Below, piece by piece: positions 35,292-45,354 of a stretch of 64,000 bases of DNA (the first letter of the stretch is position 1; the number at the start of each line of letters is the position of its first letter). The DNA comes from Deltaproteobacteria bacterium. Its GTDB lineage: Bacteria; Desulfobacterota; Syntrophia; Syntrophales; UBA8958. Made by a program: the position numbers and the translations under genes. The stretch is taken from the NCBI GenBank assembly GCA_026388335.1, contig JAPLJZ010000236.1, forward strand, positions 9,295 to 73,294, read 5' to 3'. The notes beneath the pieces are model-generated. The model made no database searches, was not told the origin of the DNA, and saw only the letters and a list, made by a program, of their open reading frames with translations.

Positions 35292-36587
35292 ATGAAGATT
35301 CTATTAGGACCTGTTGAAATTGCAGGATATTACACGAATCTTTGTAAAGGCTTTCAGCGGCTTGGGATTCATTCGGATATTCTTTTAAAAACTCCTAATC
35401 CCTTCAATTACGGGATAAATATATATTCCAGTTTTGTCATAAGAGCGTGGTTGAAAACAGCATCGATGAGGGCCAATACGCCAAAGACTAAACTGCTGCA
35501 AAAAATTCTACTGGCGCTTCTTGATAGTTTCTTGGAAACTTGTGTTGTTATTAAGATTGCGTTGCAATACGATGTATTAATTTTTGGTTTTGGACAAACA
35601 TATACGAATAGGCCCTGGGAGCTTGCTATATATAAAATATTAGGCAAGAAAATAATCTTTACGTTCAACGGATCGGATTCCAGGCCTCCGTATCTTGATG
35701 GTATGTATTGCAATGAAGACATTGAAGTAAGCTATCAGAACCTATCTGCAGTGGTAATGCATCATAAGAAACTCATCAGCCGCATTGAAAAATATGCCGA
35801 CTTTATGATTAATGCTATCCCACAGGCACATTTCCATACAAAAGCTTATATAAACTGGTTAATGATGGGGATCCCCCTCGACCCAGGAAAGCATTCAACA
35901 GCAGTCAGCAGCTTGGCTGACCGGGGGGTAGTACGAATACTGCATAGTCCGTCGGATGAACGGGTAAAAGGAACTAAAATAATTATACAGGTGATTAACA
36001 GTCTTCGCACAAAAGGTCATTCCATAGAGCTTGTTCTTATCAAGAATATGCCAAACGTACAAGTATTACAAGAACTTGAAAAATGTGATTTCATCATTGA
36101 TCAACTTTATTCGGATACGCCCATGGCAGGTTTTGCATCCGAAGCGGCGCACTTTGGCAAACCGGCCGTCATTGGGGGATATTTTTGTGATCAAATTCGA
36201 GACTATTATTCTGAAAAAGATGTTCCCCCGTCTTTGTTTGTGCATCCAGACAAAATCGAAGAAGCCATAGAAAGACTTATTATTGATGTTGACTACCGCT
36301 TGGATTTGGGAAAAATGGCCTACGAGTTCGTTAGATCAAGATGGAGGCCGGAGCATGTTGCAGCACGATATCTGCAATTAATAAACGGCGATATACCTGA
36401 GGAATGGTGGTGTGACCCTAAAGATATTCGATATCTCCACGGCATGTTGCCTGAATGGCGAACTAGGGAAATGGTTCGCGGTTTAGTTGAGCATTACGGC
36501 GCCGAAGCTTTGCAGCTAGATGACAAACCTTGCTTAGAAAAGGCTTTTCTTGAATTCGCCGGCGTGGCTCCTGAAAAAATCGAATGA
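35292..36587 (+). CDS. Putative GT-B-fold glycosyltransferase
   Basis: 431 aa. The C-terminal half resembles the GT1/GT4 donor-binding domain (RILHSPSDERVKGTKIII...CDFIIDQLYSDTPMAGFASEAAHFGKPAVIGG). The N-terminal half was not recognised. Confidence 0.45.
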   Translation: MKILLGPVEIAGYYTNLCKGFQRLGIHSDILLKTPNPFNYGINIYSSFVIRAWLKTASMRANTPKTKLLQKILLALLDSFLETCVVIKIALQYDVLIFGFGQTYTNRPWELAIYKILGKKIIFTFNGSDSRPPYLDGMYCNEDIEVSYQNLSAVVMHHKKLISRIEKYADFMINAIPQAHFHTKAYINWLMMGIPLDPGKHSTAVSSLADRGVVRILHSPSDERVKGTKIIIQVINSLRTKGHSIELVLIKNMPNVQVLQELEKCDFIIDQLYSDTPMAGFASEAAHFGKPAVIGGYFCDQIRDYYSEKDVPPSLFVHPDKIEEAIERLIIDVDYRLDLGKMAYEFVRSRWRPEHVAARYLQLINGDIPEEWWCDPKDIRYLHGMLPEWRTREMVRGLVEHYGAEALQLDDKPCLEKAFLEFAGVAPEKIE

Positions 36588-36636
36588 TCCAATCTTTTTT
36601 TACGAGACAGTACCCTATAGGCGGAGAGAAATCGCC

Positions 36637-38103
36637 TTGTTGAAATTTCTTAAACAGCTTGCCTCAGAGAGTCTTGTATACGGACTTGCTGGGATCGCTT
36701 CCCGGTTCCTCTCCATATTTCTCGTTCCCATCTATACGCGTATATTTTCGCCCGAAGATTACGGCGTCATGAGCCTGGTGACCACCACGATGAGTCTGGT
36801 CGGCATATTCGTGATCCTGGCCCTGGATTCAGCCGCCGGGCGCTGGTATTGGGACACGAAAGACGAAAACGACCGGAAAACGACCTTATCCTCATGGTTT
36901 TGGTGTCAACTGGTCGTTGCCTCGTCATTCTGCGCCATCACACTCATTTTTTCTTCTGAGCTGAGCCACTGGATTGTCAAGGATGGGAGAGCGGCCATTT
37001 ATTTCCAGATATCGGCCTTTGCCCTGCCCATCGGACTCATCGGTTTTGTCACGTCAACCTGGCTGAGAATGCAGCGACGGCCTTGGGCGACAACCTTCTA
37101 CGCCTTGGGCGTTAATATCTTCAACATTGTTATGACCCTCATCCTGGTGGTTTTTCTCCGCTGGGGACTCTTGGGTATTTTCTACGCCCAACTGTTCTCA
37201 GCGATCGTAGGGGGAGGCATCGCCATATTTCTCATGCGCGATTGGATTCATCCCCGTTATCTTAGATTTTCTCGTCTTTCCGACATGATAAAATACGCCA
37301 TGCCTTTGATTCCCGCCTCGTTGGCTTTCTGGATCGTTAATTCATGTGACCGATATTTTATCCAAAATTACAGTTCAACAGCCGAGGTAGGGCTATATCA
37401 GGTGGGCAGTTCCATTGCCTGGGGCATTGCCCTGTTCACCGGCGCCTTCCAGCAGGCCTGGGGTCCATTTTCTCTGTCCATCCATAAACGAGACGACGCC
37501 AAAGAAGTTTATGCCCATGTTTTGTTGGCTTATCTATGGGTGACCTGTGTCGGCGTATCCCTGCTTGCCATGTTCGGATCGGAAGTGATCATGATCTTCG
37601 CCACCCAACGTTATCTGGGGGCAAATTCCGTCATTGGCCTGTTGTCCCTAAGTTATGTGATGATCGGCCTCGGCTTTATCGCATCGGTCGGACCCACCAT
37701 TATGAAGACGACAGCCCCGACGGGCTTCGGCGTGACGATGGCCGCTATCCTGAATATCCTTTTTAATTTTCTCTTGGTTCCCCTCTGGGGGAAAACAGGC
37801 TCCGCCGTTGCGACACTCGTGAGCCAAGCCATGATGCCGATCTACCTCTTTTACCGTTCCCAGCAGATGTATCCCATTCCCTATCGGTTTCGACCGGCTA
37901 CTATCATCTTCATCACAGCCATAATCTATATTATCGTCGGCGCTCTATGGCAGGTTCATCACTTGGACCCTACCGTTATCGTCACAAAATTGCTTTTAGT
38001 ATCTTTATTTGTTCCCGTCGCCTTCATGGCCCGCATCATTACACCGGACCAGGCAAGAAAGCTCTTGAGTTCGATTCCCGGTATGCGGAAAGAGCCCGTT
38101 TAA
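36637..38103 (+). CDS. Wzx-type oligosaccharide flippase (MOP/polysaccharide biosynthesis protein family)
   Basis: About 12-14 TM segments. N-terminus LLKFLKQLASESLVYGLAGIASRFLSIFLVPIYTRIFSPEDYGV is typical of the family. The likely start is TTG at 36637/36640, after GGCGGAGAGAA. The ATG at 36550 would overlap the upstream gene by 38 nt. Confidence 0.7.
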   Translation: MLKFLKQLASESLVYGLAGIASRFLSIFLVPIYTRIFSPEDYGVMSLVTTTMSLVGIFVILALDSAAGRWYWDTKDENDRKTTLSSWFWCQLVVASSFCAITLIFSSELSHWIVKDGRAAIYFQISAFALPIGLIGFVTSTWLRMQRRPWATTFYALGVNIFNIVMTLILVVFLRWGLLGIFYAQLFSAIVGGGIAIFLMRDWIHPRYLRFSRLSDMIKYAMPLIPASLAFWIVNSCDRYFIQNYSSTAEVGLYQVGSSIAWGIALFTGAFQQAWGPFSLSIHKRDDAKEVYAHVLLAYLWVTCVGVSLLAMFGSEVIMIFATQRYLGANSVIGLLSLSYVMIGLGFIASVGPTIMKTTAPTGFGVTMAAILNILFNFLLVPLWGKTGSAVATLVSQAMMPIYLFYRSQQMYPIPYRFRPATIIFITAIIYIIVGALWQVHHLDPTVIVTKLLLVSLFVPVAFMARIITPDQARKLLSSIPGMRKEPV

Positions 38104-38153
38104 ATTCAAATATTCTATCATCATCCCCGCCTCGGAAATCAGGATCAAACCTT

Positions 38154-40133
38154 ATGTGCGGCATATTAGGTTCCATCTGTAAACCCCAAGACCATATTGA
38201 TGTCAGTTTATGCTGCAAGGCTTTAGATACCCTTCGTCACCGTGGGCCTGATGATGAAGGGTATCTGTTGGTAAATACACTTAAGAATCAGTCATACGAA
38301 TGCCGGGGACGCGATACGGAACCATCGCTTCAATTTCCTGATGTTAGGGAATTTACCGAGAAGCATTTCAACATCCTCTTGGGCCATCGCCGCCTTTCCA
38401 TTATTGACCTCTCGCCGGCAGGCCATCAGCCCATGTCCAGCCGCGATGGAAGATATTGGATCGTTTACAACGGCGAAACCTATAATTATTTAGAGCTTCG
38501 CGACGAACTGAGGAAATTGGGGCACCCATTCAAGACCGCAACGGATACGGAAGTGGTCATTGAGGCGTTTATCGAGTGGGGACCGGCTATGCTTAATCGT
38601 CTAGTGGGGATGTTTGCCCTGGCGATTCTGGATTTGAAAGAAAAAAGTCTTTTTTTGGCCCGAGATTTCTTTGGTATAAAACCCCTCTACTACACCAACG
38701 TGAGGGGGCAATTCGCCTTTGCCTCGGAAATTCAGGCCTTAATTCAATCCCCCCTGGTTTCGAGACAAGCTAATCCTCAGCGGGTCTATGATTACCTCCG
38801 CTTCGGGCTCACCGATCATGGCGATCAAACAATGTTTGCCGATGTATACCAATTACCGCCCGCCCATTACTTAATCATGGATATCCGGAATCTCTCCTTC
38901 TCCGCCCCACAACAGTATTGGAGATTACAGACCGACATCACGCTCGATTTACCCGCTGACGAAGCAACTGCTATAACGCGTGACCTGTTTTTGAAAAATA
39001 TCGGCCTGCACATGCGCAGTGATGTTCCCGTTGGATCATGTTTATCGGGAGGAATTGATTCTTCGGCAATCGTCATGGCCATGAGGCATCTTGAAGGGGA
39101 CGCTCTCGATTTGCACACCGTCAGCGCCATCTTTCATGACACCGAGATTTGCGAGGAAGCCTATGTCAATAGAATCGTGAAAGATGCAAACGCCATATCC
39201 CACAGCACGGAACCCACTTCAACGGAGTTGATCCAGGATATTGATCGGTTGATTTCCATACAGGGAGAACCCTTCGGCACTACAAGCATCTACGCTCAGC
39301 AACGCGTATTTAAACTGGCAAGTGAACGCGGCCTCAAGGTTATGCTGGATGGTCAGGGCGCAGACGAAATCCTGGGGGGATATTTTAGCTATCTGACGGC
39401 CAAGCTGGCTTCACTCGTAAAACAGGGGCGCTTGATGAGAGCCTATCTTTTCCTGAATGCCATTGACCGCCTTCCGAATGTATCCAAAATAAATGTACTG
39501 AAGGAATTAGTCATATATTTTATACCGGCCGAATTCCAGTCGCTGTTTTGGAAAAGTCCCGGCACGGAATTTGCCCCTGCCTATATGAATAAATCATGGT
39601 TGAATGATCATCATGTTGCGATTAAAAGGCCCATGAAGACGCCACGTGAGACGAAAACGGTTCTTCGTGCAACGATGGCCCAATCCTTTCTTCTCACGAG
39701 TCTCCCCATGCTACTCCGTTATGAAGACCGGAATTCCATGTCCCACAGCATCGAAAGTCGTGTCCCTTTTCTTACGCCGGAATTTGTACAATTTATTTAT
39801 TCTCTGAAAGAGGACGATCTCATCAATCAGCAGGGAGAAACGAAACACGTCTTCCGAAAGGCCATGCGGGGTCTTGTCCCCGACATCATTTTAGATCGAA
39901 GAGATAAAATTGGTTTCGCCACGCCTGAAAATCAGTGGATAACGTCAGAGACGCCTTGGATCGATAAAGTCTTGAAGGAAGCCATTCCGGGGGATTTGGC
40001 GCCGCTTCATCTTGAGGAAATTGTCCAGTATTGGACACAGATAAAGGAACATGCAAAGCCTTATTCAGGCGAGATATGGCGATGTATCAATTTCATCCGA
40101 TGGGTTCAATTAAATAACGTAACGTTTACCTAA
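38154..40133 (+). CDS. Asparagine synthase-family amidotransferase, copy 2
   Basis: ATG 38154 gives MCGILGSI (the Ntn Cys). HRGPDD, YNGETYN, and PP-loop SGGIDSSA. The ORF extension back to 37947 overlaps the flippase gene. Confidence 0.9.
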   Translation: MCGILGSICKPQDHIDVSLCCKALDTLRHRGPDDEGYLLVNTLKNQSYECRGRDTEPSLQFPDVREFTEKHFNILLGHRRLSIIDLSPAGHQPMSSRDGRYWIVYNGETYNYLELRDELRKLGHPFKTATDTEVVIEAFIEWGPAMLNRLVGMFALAILDLKEKSLFLARDFFGIKPLYYTNVRGQFAFASEIQALIQSPLVSRQANPQRVYDYLRFGLTDHGDQTMFADVYQLPPAHYLIMDIRNLSFSAPQQYWRLQTDITLDLPADEATAITRDLFLKNIGLHMRSDVPVGSCLSGGIDSSAIVMAMRHLEGDALDLHTVSAIFHDTEICEEAYVNRIVKDANAISHSTEPTSTELIQDIDRLISIQGEPFGTTSIYAQQRVFKLASERGLKVMLDGQGADEILGGYFSYLTAKLASLVKQGRLMRAYLFLNAIDRLPNVSKINVLKELVIYFIPAEFQSLFWKSPGTEFAPAYMNKSWLNDHHVAIKRPMKTPRETKTVLRATMAQSFLLTSLPMLLRYEDRNSMSHSIESRVPFLTPEFVQFIYSLKEDDLINQQGETKHVFRKAMRGLVPDIILDRRDKIGFATPENQWITSETPWIDKVLKEAIPGDLAPLHLEEIVQYWTQIKEHAKPYSGEIWRCINFIRWVQLNNVTFT

Positions 40134-40172
40134 AATCTTTCGTTGTTGATCTCTATTTATTAGGAGGCAACC

Positions 40173-41171
40173 GTGGCTTTTTTGCTCGACAATCTAAAAC
40201 AAATGTATCGATTAGTCCGCTTTCGAAGACTCATGAATAGAGATCTGCCTTCAGCTATAGGCTTTGAAATGACGACAAGATGTAATGCATTTTGTCCAAT
40301 GTGTGTGCGACGGGATTATCAAATTGTGAATGAAGACATGGATTTTTTCCTTTTGGAAAAAACAGTTGATGAGGTAAAAAAATGGCTTCATAAAAAAATC
40401 CTCTTCAATCTGACGGGACTTTCAGAACCCACCTTATATCCAAGACTTATAGAAGCCGTGGCATACGTTAAACGCTACATTCCCGAAAGTAACGTAAGAA
40501 TTATTACCAATGGCATCGTCTTGACCTCTGATTTATCAAAAGATCTTATTCAAGCAGGATTAGACGAGTGCATGATAAGTTTTAATGGGGTGAACAGAGA
40601 GGATTATTTGGCAATCTGCGGGATTGATGCCTATGAAAAAGTGACTGAAAATATTAAAGCGCTTATAGAAAACAGGCGCTCTCTGAAATCAACCACTTTA
40701 CGCATTAACTTGAATCTTAAAAAACATGAAGGAAATAAATCATATATCCCAAACGCTGTTTCTTATTGGAACCCGCTTTTAGGCGCTGAAGATGTCGTCA
40801 GTATATCGAACATTCTTCCACTTCGGGGGGATCAACCCATCAGTTCGTGTAGCAACAGTTCCGCACGTTATCCATGCGCCCATCTCTGGGGTGAAATAAA
40901 ATTGGATATCCACGGAAATATTTATCCCTGTGATGGAAAGGTGATGGATTACCATTACCGAGAAAAAAGTGAATTACTTTTAGGGAATGTTCGGGATACG
41001 TCAATTAAAGAAGCTTATGTGTCAGACCGTGTTCGCCATTTCCGGAAGACGCATCTCAGGGGCGCATTTGATTCACTTCCCACCTGTTTATCGTGTCCGA
41101 GTTGGTCGAGATTCCCCAATTATTGGATATATAATAATTCCTTTCCTTTTTTGCGGAGAATGTGGTTGTAA
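40173..41171 (+). CDS. Radical SAM enzyme with C-terminal auxiliary Cys motifs (SPASM/twitch-like)
   Basis: GTG 40173 lies 6 nt after AGGAGG. CX3CX2C (TTRCNAFCPMC) and C-terminal Cys groups (YPCAHLWGEIKLDIHGNIYPCDG; LPTCLSCPSW). Confidence 0.8.
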   Translation: MAFLLDNLKQMYRLVRFRRLMNRDLPSAIGFEMTTRCNAFCPMCVRRDYQIVNEDMDFFLLEKTVDEVKKWLHKKILFNLTGLSEPTLYPRLIEAVAYVKRYIPESNVRIITNGIVLTSDLSKDLIQAGLDECMISFNGVNREDYLAICGIDAYEKVTENIKALIENRRSLKSTTLRINLNLKKHEGNKSYIPNAVSYWNPLLGAEDVVSISNILPLRGDQPISSCSNSSARYPCAHLWGEIKLDIHGNIYPCDGKVMDYHYREKSELLLGNVRDTSIKEAYVSDRVRHFRKTHLRGAFDSLPTCLSCPSWSRFPNYWIYNNSFPFLRRMWL

Positions 41172-41198
41172 ACTGACCGAAAGGATTGAACCCCTAGA

Positions 41199-42587
41199 TT
41201 GAAGAAAGTATTATTGATTTCTTTTAGTTACCCGCCTCTTGCGGGAATGGGCATGCTTCGGAGCCTGAAGTTCGCCAAATTCTTGCCTTCCTTTGACTGG
41301 CAGCCTACGATCCTCACGATTGCCACACACAAAATCAAGGCGACACGGCAAACACAATACTGGCATTGCGACGAAACAGAAGGGCGTTTATCAGGCGTTA
41401 AAGTTATCAGGGCAAAATTCATTTCCCTTAAATCTCCAATGCAATATCTGGCACAACTGCCTCCTTTTAGACAAAACAACGAGGAGCGTTCTCCTAATTT
41501 AAATGCTCATGATGCTTTCGTTCCCCCTCGTCATCATTCAATAATCAGGGATAGATTTAAAAGCGGTGTGCGCAATTTTTGGAACAACTGGATCGAATTC
41601 CCGGACAGCGCCATTGGATGGTATCCCTATGCGTTAACGGAGGCACTGGCATACCTTCGTCAAAACCCTGTGGACGTGATCTTCAGCACGGCCCTTCCCA
41701 TGACCAGTCATCTTGTTGCCAACAGTCTGTCAAAAAGAACGGGCATCCCCTGGGTCGCCGACTTCAGAGATCTCTGGTCGCAAGCGGACTACCGGGATGT
41801 CAATAAGCTTCGTAAGATGATCGATTCGTGGCTCGAAGTCCGGACAGTCAAAAGTGCCAGCGCCCTGATTACCGTCTCGGAACCGCACATGGAAGATCTG
41901 CTGCATCTCCACAAAACATTTACCACTAAAAATTTCGTCATCTATAACGGTTATGATGCCGAAGATTATCCGGAATCGGAGATGCCTGTAAATCGGCCCT
42001 TTACAATCACCTATACGGGTCGGATGTATGACATCGATTTCTCGTCAAAAGGACGTACGCCCCTCATCCTCTTTCAAAGCATCGCCGCGCTATTTCGGGG
42101 AAAACACATCCCGTCGGATCGCCTACAGTGCCTTATTTATGGTGAGCACCCCCATGAACTCATTGAAATGATCGCCGCCCACGGCCTGACAAAGACCGTA
42201 AAATGCCTGGGCGCCGTTCCCTTTCGTGAGGCCGTTAAAGCACAACAACAGGCCGATGTCCTTTTACATCTGAATTGGAACGACGCGGATCAGAAAGGCA
42301 TTCTCTCCGGAAAAATATTTGAGTACTTGGGGGCGAAAAAAAATATATTGTCCATTCCTTTTGATAATAAGGGGGTGGGTGATATCCTGAGATCCACGCA
42401 ATCAGGCGTCATCCTCAACAATGTTGAGGCCTGCAAGGAACAGATATGGCGATGGTTCCAGGATTTTGAAGCCCACGGCGCCATTCCCTATCATGGCATA
42501 CCGGCGATATTGGATCATTATTCCCGGAAAAAGGCAACGGAACAGTTGGCGGCCATTTTGAATCAGGTTTCACAGGCGAAGGGATGA
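41199..42587 (+). CDS. Glycosyltransferase (GT4-like, GT-B fold)
   Basis: TTG start at 41199. N-terminus KKVLLISFSYPPLAGMGMLRSLKFAKFL and C-terminal EYLGAKKNILS-type nucleotide-sugar-binding region. Confidence 0.65.
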   Translation: MKKVLLISFSYPPLAGMGMLRSLKFAKFLPSFDWQPTILTIATHKIKATRQTQYWHCDETEGRLSGVKVIRAKFISLKSPMQYLAQLPPFRQNNEERSPNLNAHDAFVPPRHHSIIRDRFKSGVRNFWNNWIEFPDSAIGWYPYALTEALAYLRQNPVDVIFSTALPMTSHLVANSLSKRTGIPWVADFRDLWSQADYRDVNKLRKMIDSWLEVRTVKSASALITVSEPHMEDLLHLHKTFTTKNFVIYNGYDAEDYPESEMPVNRPFTITYTGRMYDIDFSSKGRTPLILFQSIAALFRGKHIPSDRLQCLIYGEHPHELIEMIAAHGLTKTVKCLGAVPFREAVKAQQQADVLLHLNWNDADQKGILSGKIFEYLGAKKNILSIPFDNKGVGDILRSTQSGVILNNVEACKEQIWRWFQDFEAHGAIPYHGIPAILDHYSRKKATEQLAAILNQVSQAKG

Positions 42588-43591
42588 ACATGCCTTCCGG
42601 CAACCTTATCAGAATCGGCTTAATCGGGGCAGGCGCCATTGCCCAGCAGGCCTATCTCCCCATGTTAAGGGAGATTAGGGGTTTGGAGTTCACCGCTGTT
42701 GTCGAATCGAACGAAAGTATCAGGGCCAAGGCGGCGGCCGGCCACCCCCCCTTCGCATACCTGGGGGCAGATCTCGACGCCGCCATGAACCATGTGGATG
42801 CCGTCATTATCTGCGTTCCCAATCACCTTCATCACCCTATCGCTCAGACCTGTTTGGCAAAAGGAAAGCATGTCCTCTGTGAAAAACCCATAACGATCGA
42901 CGTCAGAGACGCCGAAACCCTTCTGCGTATGGCGGAAGCCCGTTCTCTCACATTGACTGTTGCCCATGTCCGGCGCTTTTTCCCCGCCGTCAAGAAGATT
43001 AAGGAAATCATCACCACGGGCACATTAGGCGCATTAACAGGCTTCGATTTCCGCGAGGGAACCGTTTTTAGCTGGCCGACCGTAACCGGATTTACCTTCG
43101 ACAAAGAAAAGGCAGGTGGCGGCGTCCTCATGGATATCGGGGTTCACCTTCTTGATCTCCTGTTCTGGTGGATTGACGATGAGGTCGCCTCGTTTCAATA
43201 CGCAGACGACAACCTCGGCGGTCTCGAAGCGACGGGAGAAATACAAATGACCTTCCGACGGGGTGTTACGGGCCATGTGAAGCTGACCCGTCTGGCTGTT
43301 TTAAACAACTTTTACACCTTCTATTTTGAAAAAGGCGTCCTCTCATGGAATCCCTTTACGCCCCGCAGAATTTATATTCGTAAAGACAGCAATCAAACGG
43401 TCTCTATAAAGACAGAAAAAGGAGCTCCCGTGCGGGATCTGCTTCTTGATTTTTCCGCAGCCATTCGTGACAAACGCCCACCCTTCATCAGAGGAGAAGA
43501 AGCGCTCCAGGCGCTAAAATTCATTGAGGCCTGTTACTCGTCCCGCCAAGCCATCCCCATGACATGGCTAAAAGGAGTGGCATCCCAATGA
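42584..43591 (+). CDS. Gfo/Idh/MocA-family oxidoreductase
   Basis: 335 aa. IGLIGAGAIAQQAYLPML and HVLCEKPI. The start overlaps the upstream stop (ATGA). Confidence 0.85.
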   Translation: MNMPSGNLIRIGLIGAGAIAQQAYLPMLREIRGLEFTAVVESNESIRAKAAAGHPPFAYLGADLDAAMNHVDAVIICVPNHLHHPIAQTCLAKGKHVLCEKPITIDVRDAETLLRMAEARSLTLTVAHVRRFFPAVKKIKEIITTGTLGALTGFDFREGTVFSWPTVTGFTFDKEKAGGGVLMDIGVHLLDLLFWWIDDEVASFQYADDNLGGLEATGEIQMTFRRGVTGHVKLTRLAVLNNFYTFYFEKGVLSWNPFTPRRIYIRKDSNQTVSIKTEKGAPVRDLLLDFSAAIRDKRPPFIRGEEALQALKFIEACYSSRQAIPMTWLKGVASQ

Positions 43592-44694
43592 ACTTGAGCG
43601 CCTCCAGGGTCTTTATTACCGGCGCCACGGGATTTATCGGCGGCCGCATTGCCGAACGCTTATGGCTTGACTATCAAATCCCCGCCAGATGCCTCGTTCA
43701 TAATTATGCCGGTGCATCCCGTCTGGCCAGACTACCCGTCACCCTGTATCCAGGAAAGATGCTCGATATAAGCTCTCTCGAACGGGGTTTGGGAGACAGT
43801 AATGTCATTTTTCATTGCGCTTACGGCAAAAGCAATGATCCGGGTCTCAACGCCAGAATCAACGAAGAAGGGCTCCATAACCTGGGGGAAATCGCCATCC
43901 AGCACGGTGTTGAAAGATTGATCCATCTGAGCACTGTGGCCGTCTATGGTCCCGAGCCCCCTGAAATGGTCACGGAAGAAACTCAGGCTCGTTTGTCTGA
44001 AGATGAATACGGTAATTCTAAAATCAGGACGGAGGCCATTTGCCATGATTTAAGGGAACGTGGCCTTCCGATTGTGGTAATCAGACCCACGGTTGTCTTC
44101 GGCCCCTTTTCACCTATCTGGACCATCGGCGCCATAAAACGCGTCCTCTCGGGAGGCTGGGAAAATACAGGCGATGTACATGGTCTCTGTAACCCCGTTT
44201 TCATTGATGATCTGGTGAACGGCCTTTTTTTATGCGTAGAAACCGACGCTGCCATAGGACAAACCTTTATTCTTTCGGGAGAGAAACCCATTTCCTGGAA
44301 TGATTATTTCCATGCCTACAAAAAGATTGCCGGCATCGAGAGTGCACCCTTTTCAACTGATTATGGCAGTAACACTTGGCGAACCTATCTCAGCAATTTT
44401 CTCCACAGTAATGTTCAGTTTTTAAGAAAATTTGCGGAACCACAACTCGTCGACCTCTATGAACGGTTGAAGATCCATAATCCCACATTCGCCAGAAAAT
44501 TGTATGCGCTCTTCAGCAGCGGCATTCAGGAGAACGAAAAGGGGAAATTAAACCAACATACAGTTTATTCTATTGAAAAAGCAGGGAAATTGCTCGAATA
44601 TACCCCTCGTTCATTTGAAGAAGGCATGAGAGATACAGCGGAGTGGCTGATCTATTATGAATATGTCCAAAGACAACCATGCAAGCGAGGGTAA
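43588..44694 (+). CDS. NAD-dependent epimerase/dehydratase (SDR)
   Basis: ATG 43588 overlaps the upstream stop (ATGA). VFITGATGFIGGRIAE and YGNSK (YxxxK). Confidence 0.8.
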   Translation: MNLSASRVFITGATGFIGGRIAERLWLDYQIPARCLVHNYAGASRLARLPVTLYPGKMLDISSLERGLGDSNVIFHCAYGKSNDPGLNARINEEGLHNLGEIAIQHGVERLIHLSTVAVYGPEPPEMVTEETQARLSEDEYGNSKIRTEAICHDLRERGLPIVVIRPTVVFGPFSPIWTIGAIKRVLSGGWENTGDVHGLCNPVFIDDLVNGLFLCVETDAAIGQTFILSGEKPISWNDYFHAYKKIAGIESAPFSTDYGSNTWRTYLSNFLHSNVQFLRKFAEPQLVDLYERLKIHNPTFARKLYALFSSGIQENEKGKLNQHTVYSIEKAGKLLEYTPRSFEEGMRDTAEWLIYYEYVQRQPCKRG

Positions 44695-44831
44695 GATGGC
44701 CTTGTCATTTACGGTGACCTTTGCATAACCTCGAAGACTATAGTCTTATAGGTCATGTTTACTTGACAATAATCTGAAATTGTTCTTTTATTTAAATCAA
44801 CATAGGGGAATGAAACAAATGGAGTGGAAGC

Positions 44832-45308
44832 ATGTCAATAACAAGTAATGTTAAGTTAGGATCAGAAGTTAAAATTTTTCATCCTGACCTTGTTAATCTT
44901 TATGGTTGCACGATTGGTGATGAAACAAAAATAGGGGCCTTTGTAGAAATCCAGAAGAACGCTTTTATTGGCAAGCGCTGCAAAATCTCTTCGCATACTT
45001 TCATATGCGAGGGTGTGAAAATCGAAGATGAGGTTTTTATCGGCCATGGAGTGATGTTCACCAATGACCTGTATCCGCGTGCAACCGCGGCAGATGGCTG
45101 TTTGCAAACAGAAGAAGATTGGCACGTTATCGAAACCCGAGTGAAAAAACGTGCATCGATCGGCAGTAATGTCACTATCCTGGCAGGTATAACCATCGGG
45201 GAGAAGGCTATTGTTGGCGCTGGCGCCGTTGTCACAAAGGATGTTCCTGATAACGTGACTGTTGTCGGCAATCCCGCCCGTATCATTCACACAACTGACG
45301 AAAGATAG
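44832..45308 (+). CDS. Hexapeptide-repeat sugar N-acetyltransferase (WlbB/QdtC-like)
   Basis: 158 aa. Left-handed beta-helix repeats and the C-terminal [20 protein letters not shown]. Confidence 0.85.
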   Translation: MSITSNVKLGSEVKIFHPDLVNLYGCTIGDETKIGAFVEIQKNAFIGKRCKISSHTFICEGVKIEDEVFIGHGVMFTNDLYPRATAADGCLQTEEDWHVIETRVKKRASIGSNVTILAGITIGEKAIVGAGAVVTKDVPDNVTVVGNPARIIHTTDER

Positions 45309-45354
45309 ATTCCGGAGGTAATAATATTATTATATTAAGCGGAGGCAAATTTAT

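Noticed and set aside
37947-38153. N-terminal extension of the second AsnB ORF
   Set aside because: Ntn amidotransferases need Cys directly after the initiator Met. MCGILG starts at 38154, and the extension overlaps the flippase gene.
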